Notes: generated by a model from the sequence alone, not told the origin. Positions 21,572 through 32,169 are shown, numbered from the stretch's first letter. The stretch is 64,000 nt of DNA from an uncultured delta proteobacterium (GCA_963823335.1 CAWGLD010000005.1:160001-224000); one strand, 5' to 3'. A program made the numbers and translations.

Positions 21572-22390
21572 TCAATACAGGCCCTCTACTTCACGGCGGA
21601 AGAAAACAGCGATGACAATCACCGTAATGGTCGGGAATAAAATGATCAAAACCGCTGCAGCATTTACTGCCGGCGTGAAGGTAAAGCGCATGAGGCTGTA
21701 AAGGTACACGGGCAGTGTCAATTCGTGTCCGATCAGGAAGAAAGACAGCAAAAATTCCCCCATGGAGATCGTAAAACAAAAGAGCGCAGCGGCCAGGACG
21801 GAGGGAATTATCAACGGCAACGTGATGTCCAGAAAGGTTCGCAGCCGGGTTGCGCCAAGATCCATGGCAGCTTCTTCCATTTCGAGATCGAAGTTGAGCA
21901 ACCTGTCACGAATAACCATGACAGCAAAGGGCATAATAAAGGTCGTGTGACCTAAAATAGTGGGCCAGATTCCACCCGGGATACCCAGAAAGCGAAACCA
22001 GAGCAGGACCGAGATAGCCGAAACAACCCCGTAGGTGATAATTGCCAGGATGTTGAGAGTCTCGATCAATGATTTGCCTTTGAACTTGAATCTGACCAGG
22101 CCATAGGCCAGCCCGCCTCCGATGAGAGTCGAGAAAAAGGTTGCTACCAGCCCGATGAAGACCGAATTTTTAAGGGCTAGTATTAGTCTGGAATCATCAA
22201 AGGCTTTCTGGAACCAATGGAAGGTCAAGCCCTTCAGGGGCCAGGTCAGATATTCCGACGCGTTGAAAGCATAGAGCACCAGTACTGCCAACGGTAAAAA
22301 AATATAACAAAGGAACAGAATGAAATAAATCTGGAAAGCCTTGTCGCCCCAGTCCTTTACCAGCCAATCAGGCCAACGGGAGTCAGGCAT
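21572..22390 (-). CDS. PotC-like ABC permease
   Basis: LEMEEAAMDLGA EAA motif; ATG 22390 overlaps the upstream stop. Confidence 0.9.
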   Translation of the reverse strand: MPDSRWPDWLVKDWGDKAFQIYFILFLCYIFLPLAVLVLYAFNASEYLTWPLKGLTFHWFQKAFDDSRLILALKNSVFIGLVATFFSTLIGGGLAYGLVRFKFKGKSLIETLNILAIITYGVVSAISVLLWFRFLGIPGGIWPTILGHTTFIMPFAVMVIRDRLLNFDLEMEEAAMDLGATRLRTFLDITLPLIIPSVLAAALFCFTISMGEFLLSFFLIGHELTLPVYLYSLMRFTFTPAVNAAAVLIILFPTITVIVIAVFFRREVEGLY

Positions 22391-23282
22391 ATTCGGCCTC
22401 CTTTCCCAGGCGGACAATTACGGCCGCCAGCATCAACAGGGCCAGAAAGACAACCACCGAAAGCGCACTGCCGGTGGTCCAGTTTGCGCCGCCCATGAAT
22501 GTTTCAAAGATCACCGAGGATATCATCAGCGTATTGGCGCCGCCTAACAACTGCGATGATAACACGTCCCCGAAGCTGGCCAGCAGTACCAGAACAACTC
22601 CGGACACGGTTCCGGAGCTGGTCAGCGGAATCGTTATCCTGATCAATGTTTGCAATTTATTGGCGCCAAGATCCTCGGAGGCCTCCAATAATTTATTGGG
22701 CACCTTGCCCAAACTGGCATAAAGCGGAAGGACCATATAAGGGGTATAGGTGTAGACCAGACCGAAGACAATGCCGGTTCCCGAATATAAAAACCGGATA
22801 GGAGTGTCGAAAAGGCCTAAGGACATCAGCGCCCAATTGAGAATCCCGCTTGAACCCAGAATAATCTTCCAGGCAAAGACGCGCAGAATCACACTGGTCC
22901 AAAATGGGATCAGGAGGGCCAGCAATAGCAAGCTGCCACGCCTGGTTATACGCGACAGATAATAGGCCACCGGATAGGAAATCAGCAGAGAGATGATCGT
23001 TGCCGTGGCGGCATAGCCGGCGGTTCGCATAAAGGCATTGCGATAAATCGGCTCGACGAGGACACGCAGATAGTTGTCAAACGTATAGTGGGGATGGGGA
23101 TCGAAGAAGGGCATGCTGGACAACAGACTGTACCGCAGGGCCACAAACATCGGAATCAGAAAGAAGAGGATCAACAGGATGGCAGCCGGACATATGGTGA
23201 GAATGGGAACGGTCAGTTCATCGAGTCGATCCCGCCACGGCAATGCCCGGTATGTGTTTGTTTGGACTGCGGATTCCTGCAT
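22383..23282 (-). CDS. PotB-like ABC permease
   Basis: PFWTSVILRVFAW, PYMVLPLY, LLEASEDLGA. Confidence 0.9.
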   Translation of the reverse strand: MQESAVQTNTYRALPWRDRLDELTVPILTICPAAILLILFFLIPMFVALRYSLLSSMPFFDPHPHYTFDNYLRVLVEPIYRNAFMRTAGYAATATIISLLISYPVAYYLSRITRRGSLLLLALLIPFWTSVILRVFAWKIILGSSGILNWALMSLGLFDTPIRFLYSGTGIVFGLVYTYTPYMVLPLYASLGKVPNKLLEASEDLGANKLQTLIRITIPLTSSGTVSGVVLVLLASFGDVLSSQLLGGANTLMISSVIFETFMGGANWTTGSALSVVVFLALLMLAAVIVRLGKEAEYA

Positions 23283-23365
23283 TTGTCGACTCCCTGATTC
23301 CCGGAAGCAAGATGCGGTTTCTGATTATCTGAAACACACATCTTGCTTTCCAGTATTGTAGCTCT

Positions 23366-24442
23366 TTATTTACCACGCACGTCCTGGTAGGCCCTCACCA
23401 TTTTTTCGGATGTTTCCGGTTTCAGGGTGGGGTACGGTACCAACCGTTTTGTTTCCTCATCGGAGTAGGTCATAATATCGGCCATTTCCTTTGGCAAGGC
23501 ACTGGCGGCTTCTGCATTGACTACCATATAGCCCATCTTCTTGATCATCTGGGAGGCAACTTTCGGAGATAGCATGTGATTGATCCATTTGTTGGCCGCA
23601 TCCTTGTGGGGGGCATCGGACATGATGCAGAATTGGTCGATCCAGGCCGCGGCCCCTTCTTTAGGAAGCACGAATTTCACCGGTTGCCCGTCGAGCTGCA
23701 TCTTGTGGACCATGCCGTCATCTGCCGACGTGAGCCATATTTCACCCGAAGCCAGGAGATTTTTCATTTCTTCAAGGCTTTCGATGCGCTTCAGCAACAG
23801 GGGATTTTGCTCGGCCAGCTTCTTCTTGATGGGGATCAGTTTGGCGTCGGTGTCGACATCGAGCTGGGTGATATCCATACCGAGATATTTGCCAACGGCA
23901 AAACAGGCATCCACGGGGTTCCGGGAAAAAGCGATACGGCCCTTATAACGCTCATCCCAGAGGGCACCCCAGGAAGTAGGCGCTTCCTTGACCAGGTCGG
24001 AACGATAGGCAATTCCCATGATCCCAAAAGTGTAAGGCACACTGTATTGCTTGCCATCGACCGTATTGTAATCCGCCTTTTTGAAACCTTCCGACAAGCC
24101 TTCATAGTTGGGAATCTTGCTCTTTTCAATGGGCGACAAGAGGCCGGCCTTGGCAAATCGTTGGATCATATGGTTACTGGGCTGAATGATATCGAGGCCC
24201 TTGTGCCCGGCCTGAATCTTGGACCACAGTTCCTCGTTGCCGTGATAGAATGTGCAATTTACCTTGATGCCATACTCTTCTTCGAAGGATTGGGTCGCAA
24301 AATCAGGGCAGTAGATACCCCAGGTCCAGATGTTGAGCTCTGTATCTTCAGCGGCCAACACTCCCTGCAATGGGAATAGTAGACCTAAGAGGAACAAAAA
24401 TACCGCCAACCTGACTGCGATTGAACATTTTGGGTGTTTCAT
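23366..24442 (-). CDS. PotD/PotF-like substrate-binding protein
   Basis: Signal peptide, LNIWTWGIY, FEEEYGIKV, PTSWGALWD, PKEGAAAWID; start 24442 or 24472. Confidence 0.88.
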   Translation of the reverse strand: MKHPKCSIAVRLAVFLFLLGLLFPLQGVLAAEDTELNIWTWGIYCPDFATQSFEEEYGIKVNCTFYHGNEELWSKIQAGHKGLDIIQPSNHMIQRFAKAGLLSPIEKSKIPNYEGLSEGFKKADYNTVDGKQYSVPYTFGIMGIAYRSDLVKEAPTSWGALWDERYKGRIAFSRNPVDACFAVGKYLGMDITQLDVDTDAKLIPIKKKLAEQNPLLLKRIESLEEMKNLLASGEIWLTSADDGMVHKMQLDGQPVKFVLPKEGAAAWIDQFCIMSDAPHKDAANKWINHMLSPKVASQMIKKMGYMVVNAEAASALPKEMADIMTYSDEETKRLVPYPTLKPETSEKMVRAYQDVRGK

Positions 24443-24612
24443 GATAGTCTCCTTCTCTTTGTAATGCTGCATAGGTCCTTGCCGGATTTTGATTTTTTCA
24501 GTCAGTCAAATTTTCTCTGTCCACCCCCTTTCAATTCGGATGTAAGGGTATTACCCACCGTCACTGTTTTTTCACAGATGGAAACCTTCGCCTGCAATAA
24601 GCGAAAGCCGGC

Positions 24613-25722
24613 TTACGTGTTTTCTGAACCCGTTATCTTTACGGCCAGCAGCGCTGCGTCTTTGGCAAACCAACCAATCCGTGTCTTGTCTCCAATCCGG
24701 AAATCAGCGGTAGATTTTGCATCCAAATCCGCTTTAAACTGGACCTTGTTGGGCAACTCGACGATGCAGCGTCGCATGGGTCCGGAATAGATCAAGTTAA
24801 TGATATGGGCCGGGTGTTGGGTGTCGCACCTGTCGGCACTTTCACCGAGCACGATCCTTTCCGGGCGGATACAGAGTGTGACCATCTCACCCACGTCAAA
24901 GCGGTCCGCTTTCTTGGCATGGAACACCAAACCGTCGGCTTCGATTTTGGAAGCGCTTTCTTCGTATCTATAAACCTTGCCGTCCAAAAAATTCGTGTCA
25001 CCGATGAAATCGGCGATAAACCGGGTTCGCGGGCGTTCATAGATCTCCTCGGCGGTGCCGATCTGTTCGATTTTGCCCTGGTTCATGATGGCGATCCGAT
25101 CGCACATATTGAGGGCTTCTTGTTGATCGTGGGTCACGTAGACAAACGTGGTGCCCAAGCGGCGCTGGATGTTTTTGATTTCGATCTGCATTTCCCGGCG
25201 TAGTTTAAGGTCAAGGGAACCCAGAGGTTCGTCAAATAAAACCACGCTGGGCTCAAGAATCAGGGCCCGGGCAAGGGCGACCCGTTGCTGTTGGCCACCA
25301 CTGAGTTGTTTCGGATACCGCTCCCCAAAGCCCTCTAAATGAACGACCTCCAGGGCATCAGCTACCCTGGCTCTGATCTCTTTGGCAGCTACTTTTCGGA
25401 TTTTTAAACCATAGGCCAAATTGGAGAAGACTGACATGTGAGGAAACAGTGCCAGATGCTGGAAAACCATCGTGGTGTTGCGACGATAAGCGGGCCGACG
25501 CCCCATCAGCTCATTCTGGAGATAGACCTCCCCTATATCAGGAATGATAAATCCCCCGATAATACGCATGGTAGTGGTTTTACCGGAACCGCTGGGGCCT
25601 AAAATACCAAAAAATTCACCCTTTTGAATGGCAAGAGAAACATCATGAAGCACCTGGTTGGGTCCGAAATAGTGCGAGATGTTGTGCAGCACACAATCGT
25701 ATGGGGTCTCATTTATCGCCAC
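24613..25722 (-). CDS. PotA-like ABC ATPase with TOBE domain
   Basis: [37 protein letters not shown] start after aggaagg. Confidence 0.92.
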   Translation of the reverse strand: MAINETPYDCVLHNISHYFGPNQVLHDVSLAIQKGEFFGILGPSGSGKTTTMRIIGGFIIPDIGEVYLQNELMGRRPAYRRNTTMVFQHLALFPHMSVFSNLAYGLKIRKVAAKEIRARVADALEVVHLEGFGERYPKQLSGGQQQRVALARALILEPSVVLFDEPLGSLDLKLRREMQIEIKNIQRRLGTTFVYVTHDQQEALNMCDRIAIMNQGKIEQIGTAEEIYERPRTRFIADFIGDTNFLDGKVYRYEESASKIEADGLVFHAKKADRFDVGEMVTLCIRPERIVLGESADRCDTQHPAHIINLIYSGPMRRCIVELPNKVQFKADLDAKSTADFRIGDKTRIGWFAKDAALLAVKITGSENT

Positions 25723-25800
25723 ATGCTTTTCCTTCCTCACATAACTGATCCAAAAAAAAGTTTTCAGCAAGAGGTGTATGTTTATTGACGACAGTGTGTG

Positions 25801-25951
25801 TGTATATCGGAAACACAGTAACGGAATAAACACTAAAATGTCAAGCAAAATAATTCCTCATTCTTGCCCTTTCCGGAAGCCAGGAAAATGATATTTTTTT
25901 GCTTGACATTTTTGCAAAAATCTCTGTATGAATGTTTCCTATCCGAATACA
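25801..25951. promoter_or_regulatory. Symmetric divergent promoter region with candidate operators
   Basis: aaaatgtcaagcaaaa (25835-25850) and ttttgcttgacatttt (25897-25912) form a perfect inverted repeat; each contains TTGACA pointing outward and is followed by TGTTTCC...ACA. Confidence 0.65.
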
Positions 25952-26021
25952 AAGCGTCAACGATAAGCATACGATATTTTCTAACCCGACCTTGTACCCT
26001 AACGCGCCATGTGGAGGTTAT

Positions 26022-27887
26022 ATGAATACTGAAAAAATATTTGGAAGTCATGGCCGGCTGCTCAGAATTGACCTCACCCACCAGGTTGTTCAAACAGAAC
26101 AATTGCCCTTAAATGATTTGCGCCTTTATTTGGGCGGAAGAGGGCTGGGTGCTGCAATCATGCTCAGAGAACTTCCGGCCGGAATCGACCCCCTTGGCGA
26201 AGAGAACCTCCTCATTTTTTCTACGGGTCCTCTGGTAGACTCACCTGTTCCTGGGAGCAACCGGTATGTTTTGCACACGAAATCCCCCCAAACGGGTCTC
26301 TATTCCTTTTCCGTGTCAGGCGGCCGTTTTGGTGACATGCTGAAAAAAACGGGTAACGACGTGATCATCATCAAGGGAAAAGCCTCCAGGCCGGTTTATC
26401 TCTTTGTGAAAGATGATGGCCGGGTTGAATTCAAAGACGCGTCACACCTGTGGGGTAAGGATACCGAAAAGACCCAGGAAAGCATCTTGTCGGAAACCGA
26501 CCCGGATGCCAGGGTTACCTGTATCGGTCCCGCCGGGGAGAATCTTGTGCCCTATGCTTGTCTTATCAATGAGCGACGGGCACTGGGGCGTGGTGGTGCA
26601 GGTGCTGTCATGGGATCTAAAAATCTGAAAGCCGTGGCCGTGTTGGGCCGGACCAGTGTTACTTTGGCCGATTCCGAAACCATGAAAACGGCCATAAAAA
26701 ACGGCTATCAGGAGCTTAAACAGAATCCTATGACGGCGAAAATTCTGAAGACCTACGGCAGTTCGAATATGCTCCGGGGCCTGATGAACCACGGTGCGCT
26801 GCCCGGAAATAACTGGGCAGAGGCTGCTCTTGACGAAGCCGAGTCGATTACCGCCGAACAGATGCGGGAGCATTTCCATGTCAAGGATCTGGCCTGTTCG
26901 GCCGGATGCCCGGTCAAGTGCTCGAAGATGTTCGCGGTAAAAGAAGGGGACTATCGCGGTGCGCAAAGCGAGGGTCCTGATTACGAAACCGTTTATGCCT
27001 TTGGGTCCTGTTGCGGTGTTTACGACCTGGCGCCCATCATTAGGGCGGATGAACTTTGCGATCTGTTAGGTCTCGATACAATCAGTACCGGCGTAAGTAT
27101 TGCCTTTGCAATGGAATGCCTGGAAAAAGGCATCATCGATGCCGGTGATGCCGATGCGGGCGATCTGGCATTTGGAAATGCCAAGGCCATGCTCAAGCTT
27201 GTTGAAGATGTGGCTTACAAAAGAGGCTTTGGCGTGGTGGTGGCAGAAGGAACCCGTGCTATGGCAGGCCGTTTTGGACGTGATTCACACAAATTTGCCA
27301 TGCATGCCAAGGGCATGGAGCTGGGGGGCTACGATCCGAGGGGTATGAAAGGGATGGGGCTCGTTTATGCCTGCGGCCCGAGGGGCGGGTGCCACCATGC
27401 CGGCGGCTATACAGCCATTGCTGAAATGATGAACCCCCAGATAGACCGATTTTCAGAAAAGGGTAAGGCCCCACTTGTGGCCGGAACCCGAAACAGACGT
27501 GCTTCTCTTTGCGACTCAGGTCTCATCTGTGCTTTCGTGGCCATCGGGCTCAGCGATGAAACCGTAATCGGTATGCTAAACAGCGCCACCGGGTTCAATT
27601 ACCAGCCAAGTGATCTGCACACCATTGGAGACAGAATCAGCCAGATCGAAAGGGCTTTTAACTGCCGGGAAGGGCTGACACGTGGTGATGACGTGCTCCC
27701 TGAACGGTTGTTGTCAGAAAGTGTCACCCGCGGACCCAGTCAGGGAGGGAAAATGGAGGATTTTGAGGCCATGAAAGACGAGTTCTACACGCTGTGTGGC
27801 TGGGACCTCACTTCAGGTGCTCCTCTGGAAGAAAGACTAGAAGCACTGGATATCGGCTGGGTGAAAGACATTCTCAAAACAAAATAA
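26022..27887 (+). CDS. Aldehyde:ferredoxin oxidoreductase (tungsten family), copy 1
   Basis: YLGGRGLG, KSPQTG, GRGGAGAVMGSKNLKA, CSAGCPVKC, DYET, DLLGLDTIS, GYDPRG, DSGLIC; RBS ggagg. Confidence 0.95.
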   Translation: MNTEKIFGSHGRLLRIDLTHQVVQTEQLPLNDLRLYLGGRGLGAAIMLRELPAGIDPLGEENLLIFSTGPLVDSPVPGSNRYVLHTKSPQTGLYSFSVSGGRFGDMLKKTGNDVIIIKGKASRPVYLFVKDDGRVEFKDASHLWGKDTEKTQESILSETDPDARVTCIGPAGENLVPYACLINERRALGRGGAGAVMGSKNLKAVAVLGRTSVTLADSETMKTAIKNGYQELKQNPMTAKILKTYGSSNMLRGLMNHGALPGNNWAEAALDEAESITAEQMREHFHVKDLACSAGCPVKCSKMFAVKEGDYRGAQSEGPDYETVYAFGSCCGVYDLAPIIRADELCDLLGLDTISTGVSIAFAMECLEKGIIDAGDADAGDLAFGNAKAMLKLVEDVAYKRGFGVVVAEGTRAMAGRFGRDSHKFAMHAKGMELGGYDPRGMKGMGLVYACGPRGGCHHAGGYTAIAEMMNPQIDRFSEKGKAPLVAGTRNRRASLCDSGLICAFVAIGLSDETVIGMLNSATGFNYQPSDLHTIGDRISQIERAFNCREGLTRGDDVLPERLLSESVTRGPSQGGKMEDFEAMKDEFYTLCGWDLTSGAPLEERLEALDIGWVKDILKTK

Positions 27888-27972
27888 TTCTGTGGGCATC
27901 CTAAAAGTGTGAGCGATTGCTTGTGTGCTTTTTTCGACGGCATAAACCAACCTGCGATGAAAGGAGGTAGAT

Positions 27973-28185
27973 GTGACTACGTTCGTCAAGAAAAATCGAC
28001 AATGGTGGATTACGTGGTTAATTGTCTGGATCGTCATGTATCTGCTGGCAATTCTGATATATCCGGACGCCCCCTCGATTTGGTTTGGATGGCTGCCAAG
28101 TTCGGTGGTAACCACTTTCGGGTTGATGGTCGCTTCCCTGATCTTTGGATATCTATTTGCCAAACAGCGGTTCAGCCAGAAATAG
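27973..28185 (+). CDS. Small two-helix membrane protein, probable SSS-symporter accessory subunit
   Basis: 70 aa, hydrophobic, WFGWLP motif, RBS aggagg, upstream of an SSS gene. Confidence 0.75.
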   Translation: MTTFVKKNRQWWITWLIVWIVMYLLAILIYPDAPSIWFGWLPSSVVTTFGLMVASLIFGYLFAKQRFSQK

Positions 28186-28210
28186 TCCTGGTGTCAGTGT
28201 AAACCGCAAC

Positions 28211-28274
28211 AGCGAGCGCATTCCCCATAGGTTCTGCCGTTCGGCAGTGCTTCGCATGCTGCGAGGTTCTTCAA
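28211..28274 (+). repeat. Dispersed repeat family A copy
   Basis: agcgagcgcattcccc...ttctgccgttcggcagtgcttcgcatgctgcgaggttcttcaa; both ends match the 42808 copy. Confidence 0.85.
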
Positions 28275-28327
28275 AACCGTATCTGATCTGGAAATATAAT
28301 TTTCCAGACGCTGGAAAGGAGGCCAAA

Positions 28328-29815
28328 TTGATTCTGAAAGTCATCCCTATCTTAATAATCGTTGCTTACATGGTGGTCTGTCTTGTGGTCGGTTATACTG
28401 TTTTCCGTTCTAAAGCCAAAATGAAATCCGGAGATTATTTTATCGGAGATCGAACCAGCGGTTCTTTTGTGGGACCCATGTCCTACATATCCACGGTATT
28501 CAGCGCTCTTGTCTTCATGGGTGCCGTAGGTATTTATTTTGCCCTCGGTATTGGTTTCAATATCTTTCTTATCAGTGAAATGTTTCTCCTGGCTGTGTTT
28601 GTCCCCACGGTGGGATATCTCTTCTGGCGGCTGGCCCACCAACACCAATACGTAACACCAGCGGACCTGATGACCCATCGCTACGGAAACGGACGGACTG
28701 TCCGGATCATCGTGGGCTTGAACACCGTCGGTTTTATGATATTCTTCATGGCCACCCAAATCGTCGGCATTTCTTACATCATGGAAACCATTACCGGCGG
28801 GCTGATGAGCTATGGTGCCTCGGTTATCCTTATTTCGGTCGTTCTGGCCTTTTATATCGTTTTGGGTGGATTCCGTGCCATAGAGTACACCGACACCTTC
28901 CAGGTGATTATTCTCATGACCTGTGTCGTGGGTACCTTTTTATTTTTAAGCACGAGTATTGACTGGACGGCTGCTTTCGTCCAGGCGCAACAGATCCGTC
29001 CGGCACTTTTCAAGGCTCCGGGCCCGATACCCATCTACACGACCAAGCTTTATATGTCTCAACTCTTTGTCATCGGTCTCGGGTTTGCACTGATGCCGCA
29101 ACTCTGGGTACGGATATACGCCGTCAAGAACGAAAAAGGCCTGCAGAATATCGTGACCTATTTTATCGGGAGCACGATCATCCTGTTCATTATTTCGTTT
29201 TTCCTGGCTGTGGCTGCTGCGCCAATTATTGGCAAACTGTTCGCCGAAGGAGAAAAACTTGTCCCGGCCAAAATTGTCATGAAGCTCATGTTCAGCAACA
29301 TGCCTTCCTGGCTGGCAGCTACGCTGCTTACCGGAGCTATCGCGGCGACCATGTCAACCGTGGACTCGGCGGTGCTGGCCCTCAGTTCCATCCTGACCAT
29401 CGATCTTTACCGCAAGCCGTTCAATCCCGAAATGAACCCGGCAAAAGAGGCCACTGTCGGGCGGATTGTCAGTGTATTGCTGATAGCCATCATGGCAGTT
29501 CTGGCCTTTTATCCACCGCAGTTGCTATTCAATTCGCTCATAGACATGGCCTATCCCGGATTGGTAACCCTTGCACCGGCTGCCATCTTGGGTATGTTCT
29601 GGAAAAAAGCCGGAACCGCTGCCGCGATCTCCAGTATTGTGTCGGGCTCTGTCCTGGCCGTGTATCTGATTTTTCATAAAAACCCAATGGGGCTCTACTC
29701 AGGTTTCTGGACCCTGCTGCTCAGTTTGGCGGTCTTCGGGGCAGTGACGTTTCTTATGCCATCAAAAGACGCAAGCTTTTTCAGGGATGTCGAGCGTGTC
29801 AGTGTTCATGAGTAA
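28328..29815 (+). CDS. Sodium:solute symporter (SSS, PanF/PutP-like)
   Basis: DYFIGDR, GGFRAIEYTDTFQ, AATMSTVDS; TTG start after aaggagg. Confidence 0.92.
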   Translation: MILKVIPILIIVAYMVVCLVVGYTVFRSKAKMKSGDYFIGDRTSGSFVGPMSYISTVFSALVFMGAVGIYFALGIGFNIFLISEMFLLAVFVPTVGYLFWRLAHQHQYVTPADLMTHRYGNGRTVRIIVGLNTVGFMIFFMATQIVGISYIMETITGGLMSYGASVILISVVLAFYIVLGGFRAIEYTDTFQVIILMTCVVGTFLFLSTSIDWTAAFVQAQQIRPALFKAPGPIPIYTTKLYMSQLFVIGLGFALMPQLWVRIYAVKNEKGLQNIVTYFIGSTIILFIISFFLAVAAAPIIGKLFAEGEKLVPAKIVMKLMFSNMPSWLAATLLTGAIAATMSTVDSAVLALSSILTIDLYRKPFNPEMNPAKEATVGRIVSVLLIAIMAVLAFYPPQLLFNSLIDMAYPGLVTLAPAAILGMFWKKAGTAAAISSIVSGSVLAVYLIFHKNPMGLYSGFWTLLLSLAVFGAVTFLMPSKDASFFRDVERVSVHE

Positions 29816-29856
29816 GATGACCTGTTTCACCACACATGGGTCTGGAGAGAAGCATT

Positions 29857-30468
29857 ATGATGGTTGAAGAGTATGTTAGTAAAATCGCCCAGCGGATAAA
29901 AAACCGCCGGATCGAACTGGGTCTTTCTATTCGGGAAGCAGCGAGGTTAACTGACACGTCTCCCTCGACGATCCAGAAAATCGAATCGAACGAGATGGTC
30001 CCATCCATAGCGATTCTAATGAAGATTGCCCGTGGTCTCAATCAAAAGGTCACCTCTTTTTTTGAGAACGCGTCCGAACCCCGGAAAGTAGTGTTGGTGC
30101 GCCATGATGAGCGAAGGTCGACGACAATCCCCGCCTCCGGTCTCAAGGTTGAGGACTTGGGCTCATCGATAGAAGACGCTCGGCTGGAAGCATCGATCCT
30201 GACCATAGAAAAAGGGGGCAGCAGTGGGAAGGATCCCCTCATCCACGAGGGAGAGGAAATCAAGTTCTGTATGAAAGGCAAAATCGGTTACACAATCAGT
30301 GATGAAGAGTATGTGCTCGAAGCTGGAGACTGTATCCATTTTAAATCAGGAAACCCTCACTACTGGAAGAACGAAGATGCCGGAACCACGCGGGTTTTCT
30401 CTGTTGTGTTCAACGGTCCCTATTCCCAGCCGGCAAGAACAAAAAATGGGCGGGTAAAAAAAAGATAG
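29857..30468 (+). CDS. XRE-family HTH plus cupin transcriptional regulator (PuuR-like)
   Basis: GLSIREAARLTDTSPSTIQKIE HTH; HEGEE...GDCIHF...PH cupin. Confidence 0.92.
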   Translation: MMVEEYVSKIAQRIKNRRIELGLSIREAARLTDTSPSTIQKIESNEMVPSIAILMKIARGLNQKVTSFFENASEPRKVVLVRHDERRSTTIPASGLKVEDLGSSIEDARLEASILTIEKGGSSGKDPLIHEGEEIKFCMKGKIGYTISDEEYVLEAGDCIHFKSGNPHYWKNEDAGTTRVFSVVFNGPYSQPARTKNGRVKKR

Positions 30469-30554
30469 TCACAACCGGAAAACACTGCAGGACAATTAAA
30501 AAATCTGAACAAATTCATTGGTATGTGAAACAAAGCCGAAAAGGAGGAAAACCC

Positions 30555-31718
30555 ATGAGAGAACATGCCCTTTTTAATATGAGCTCCGGACCTGTCCAGG
30601 GAAGTGCCCGGACACTCCGGGCGCTATCCCAGCAAATTCTTTACCATCACGATCCTGAGTTTGCTGAGATATTTGATGCCTGCACCGAAAAACTGCAACG
30701 GTTTTTCAAGACATCAGGAGATGTCATTATCATGCAGGGTGAGGCACTCCTGGGCTTGGAAGCTGCGGCGTTCTGTACGATCGAACCCGGTGACAAATGT
30801 CTCAATTTAGTGTCCGGGATATACGGTCATCTATATGCCTGGTACATAGAGGCCTTCGGCGGCCAGATAGTTGAAGTGAGGACCGATTACAACAAGGCTA
30901 TCGATCCGGCCGAGGTGGAGAAGGCTTTTGCTGAGAACCCGGACATCAAGATCATGGCGGTTGTACACAGTGAGACACCTTCGGGAACTGTCAACCCCAT
31001 CGAGGACCTCTGCCCCATCGCTAAGAAATACGGCGCAATAACTATCGTCGATGCAGTTTCTTCCATTGGTGGGACAGAAGTGAATGTAGACGACTGGGGG
31101 ATCGACATCTGTTGTATCGGCCCGCAGAAGTGCCTGGCGTCGTCCCCGGGACTTGCACCAGTGGCTGTGAGTGAAGATGCCTGGGAAAAGATGCGCACTA
31201 AATCCAAGCCAGTGAGGTACTCCTACATGAGCATGCTCGATTTTAAAGAGCAATGGCTGTGTGAGAAAGAAAAGCGCAGTTTTCCGTATACCATGTTTAC
31301 CAATGAAGTCGTGGCCCTTGACGAAACCCTGGATCAGGTGTTTGAGGAAGGTCTGGAAAATATGATCGCTCGACACAAAACGGCGGCCAGAATGGCGCGT
31401 GCCGGGGTTAAGGGGATGGGACTTTCACTCTGGGCAGACACGGAAGACATCTGCGGGCCCTGCGCCACGGCGGTCAGAGCGCCGGACGGTGTCGACGAAG
31501 TCAAATTGCGGCGGCATCTTTATGATAAATATCGGATAACCATTTCCGGTGGATTCCGCGAACTTAAAGGAAAACTTTTCCGACTGGGCCATATGGGGCC
31601 GACGGCCAACCCTGCCTATGTCGCCATGCAGTTGGCAATGGTGGAAAAATCACTCCACGATATGGGCTACCCGGTTAAACTCGGCAGCGGTGTTGGGGCG
31701 GCTCTGGAAGCGATTTAA
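30555..31718 (+). CDS. Class V aminotransferase, pyridoxamine-pyruvate aminotransferase-like
   Basis: QGEALLGLEAAA, LNLVSGIYG, YNKAIDP, HSETPSGTVNP, VDAVSS, GPQKCL, TAVRAPDGVDE, RLGHMGPTA; parallels the Mesorhizobium PPAT sequence as recalled. Confidence 0.8.
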   Translation: MREHALFNMSSGPVQGSARTLRALSQQILYHHDPEFAEIFDACTEKLQRFFKTSGDVIIMQGEALLGLEAAAFCTIEPGDKCLNLVSGIYGHLYAWYIEAFGGQIVEVRTDYNKAIDPAEVEKAFAENPDIKIMAVVHSETPSGTVNPIEDLCPIAKKYGAITIVDAVSSIGGTEVNVDDWGIDICCIGPQKCLASSPGLAPVAVSEDAWEKMRTKSKPVRYSYMSMLDFKEQWLCEKEKRSFPYTMFTNEVVALDETLDQVFEEGLENMIARHKTAARMARAGVKGMGLSLWADTEDICGPCATAVRAPDGVDEVKLRRHLYDKYRITISGGFRELKGKLFRLGHMGPTANPAYVAMQLAMVEKSLHDMGYPVKLGSGVGAALEAI

Positions 31719-31746
31719 TTTAAACAGGATGCAAGGGAGGCAAAAA

Positions 31747-32145
31747 ATGCTGAATTTTGCAAACGAGAAATGCGTTAACTGTCGACTCTGTGAGGAGGTC
31801 TGCTCTTTCAGACTTACCAATGCGGTTTATCCCGGTGTTGCGGCTATTCGCATCGGTCGGGAGGAAGGCAGGTGGGGGACACCCTATGCCATGGTTTGTA
31901 ATCTGTGTGAGGGTTTGGAAGAACAGAAATGCATAACGGCATGTCCGGAAGATGCGCTCAACCTTGGTAACGGGGTGATCGTTTGGGATGATGAAAAATG
32001 TACCCGGTGTGAGCTGTGTGTCGACGCGTGTCCGCAAAAGGGGGTGGCTTTCGACAGCCGGTCCGAACGTATTCATATCTGTGATCTTTGCGGCGGTGAA
32101 CCGCTATGTATCGAGTGGTGCCCTGAAGAAGTGATTACCCTTTAA
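31747..32145 (+). CDS. Multi-[4Fe-4S] electron-transfer subunit (AOR partner)
   Basis: CVNCRLCEEVC, CNLC...CITACP, CTRCELCVDACP, CDLC...CIEWCP. Confidence 0.92.
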   Translation: MLNFANEKCVNCRLCEEVCSFRLTNAVYPGVAAIRIGREEGRWGTPYAMVCNLCEGLEEQKCITACPEDALNLGNGVIVWDDEKCTRCELCVDACPQKGVAFDSRSERIHICDLCGGEPLCIEWCPEEVITL

Positions 32146-32169
32146 GTCAAGATTGAAAGGAGCACAAAA

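Noticed and set aside
28145-28327. N-terminal extensions in the ORF track (SSS; also livH, potA, AOR1, FeS subunit, MORN protein)
   Set aside because: They run through repeats, promoters or upstream genes; better RBS-linked starts lie downstream.
21572-31718. Polyamine catabolism (Pot ABC + PuuR-like regulator + aminotransferase + AOR)
   Set aside because: Putrescine transaminases are class III; this one is class V with the PPAT Glu; no PuuA/PuuD.
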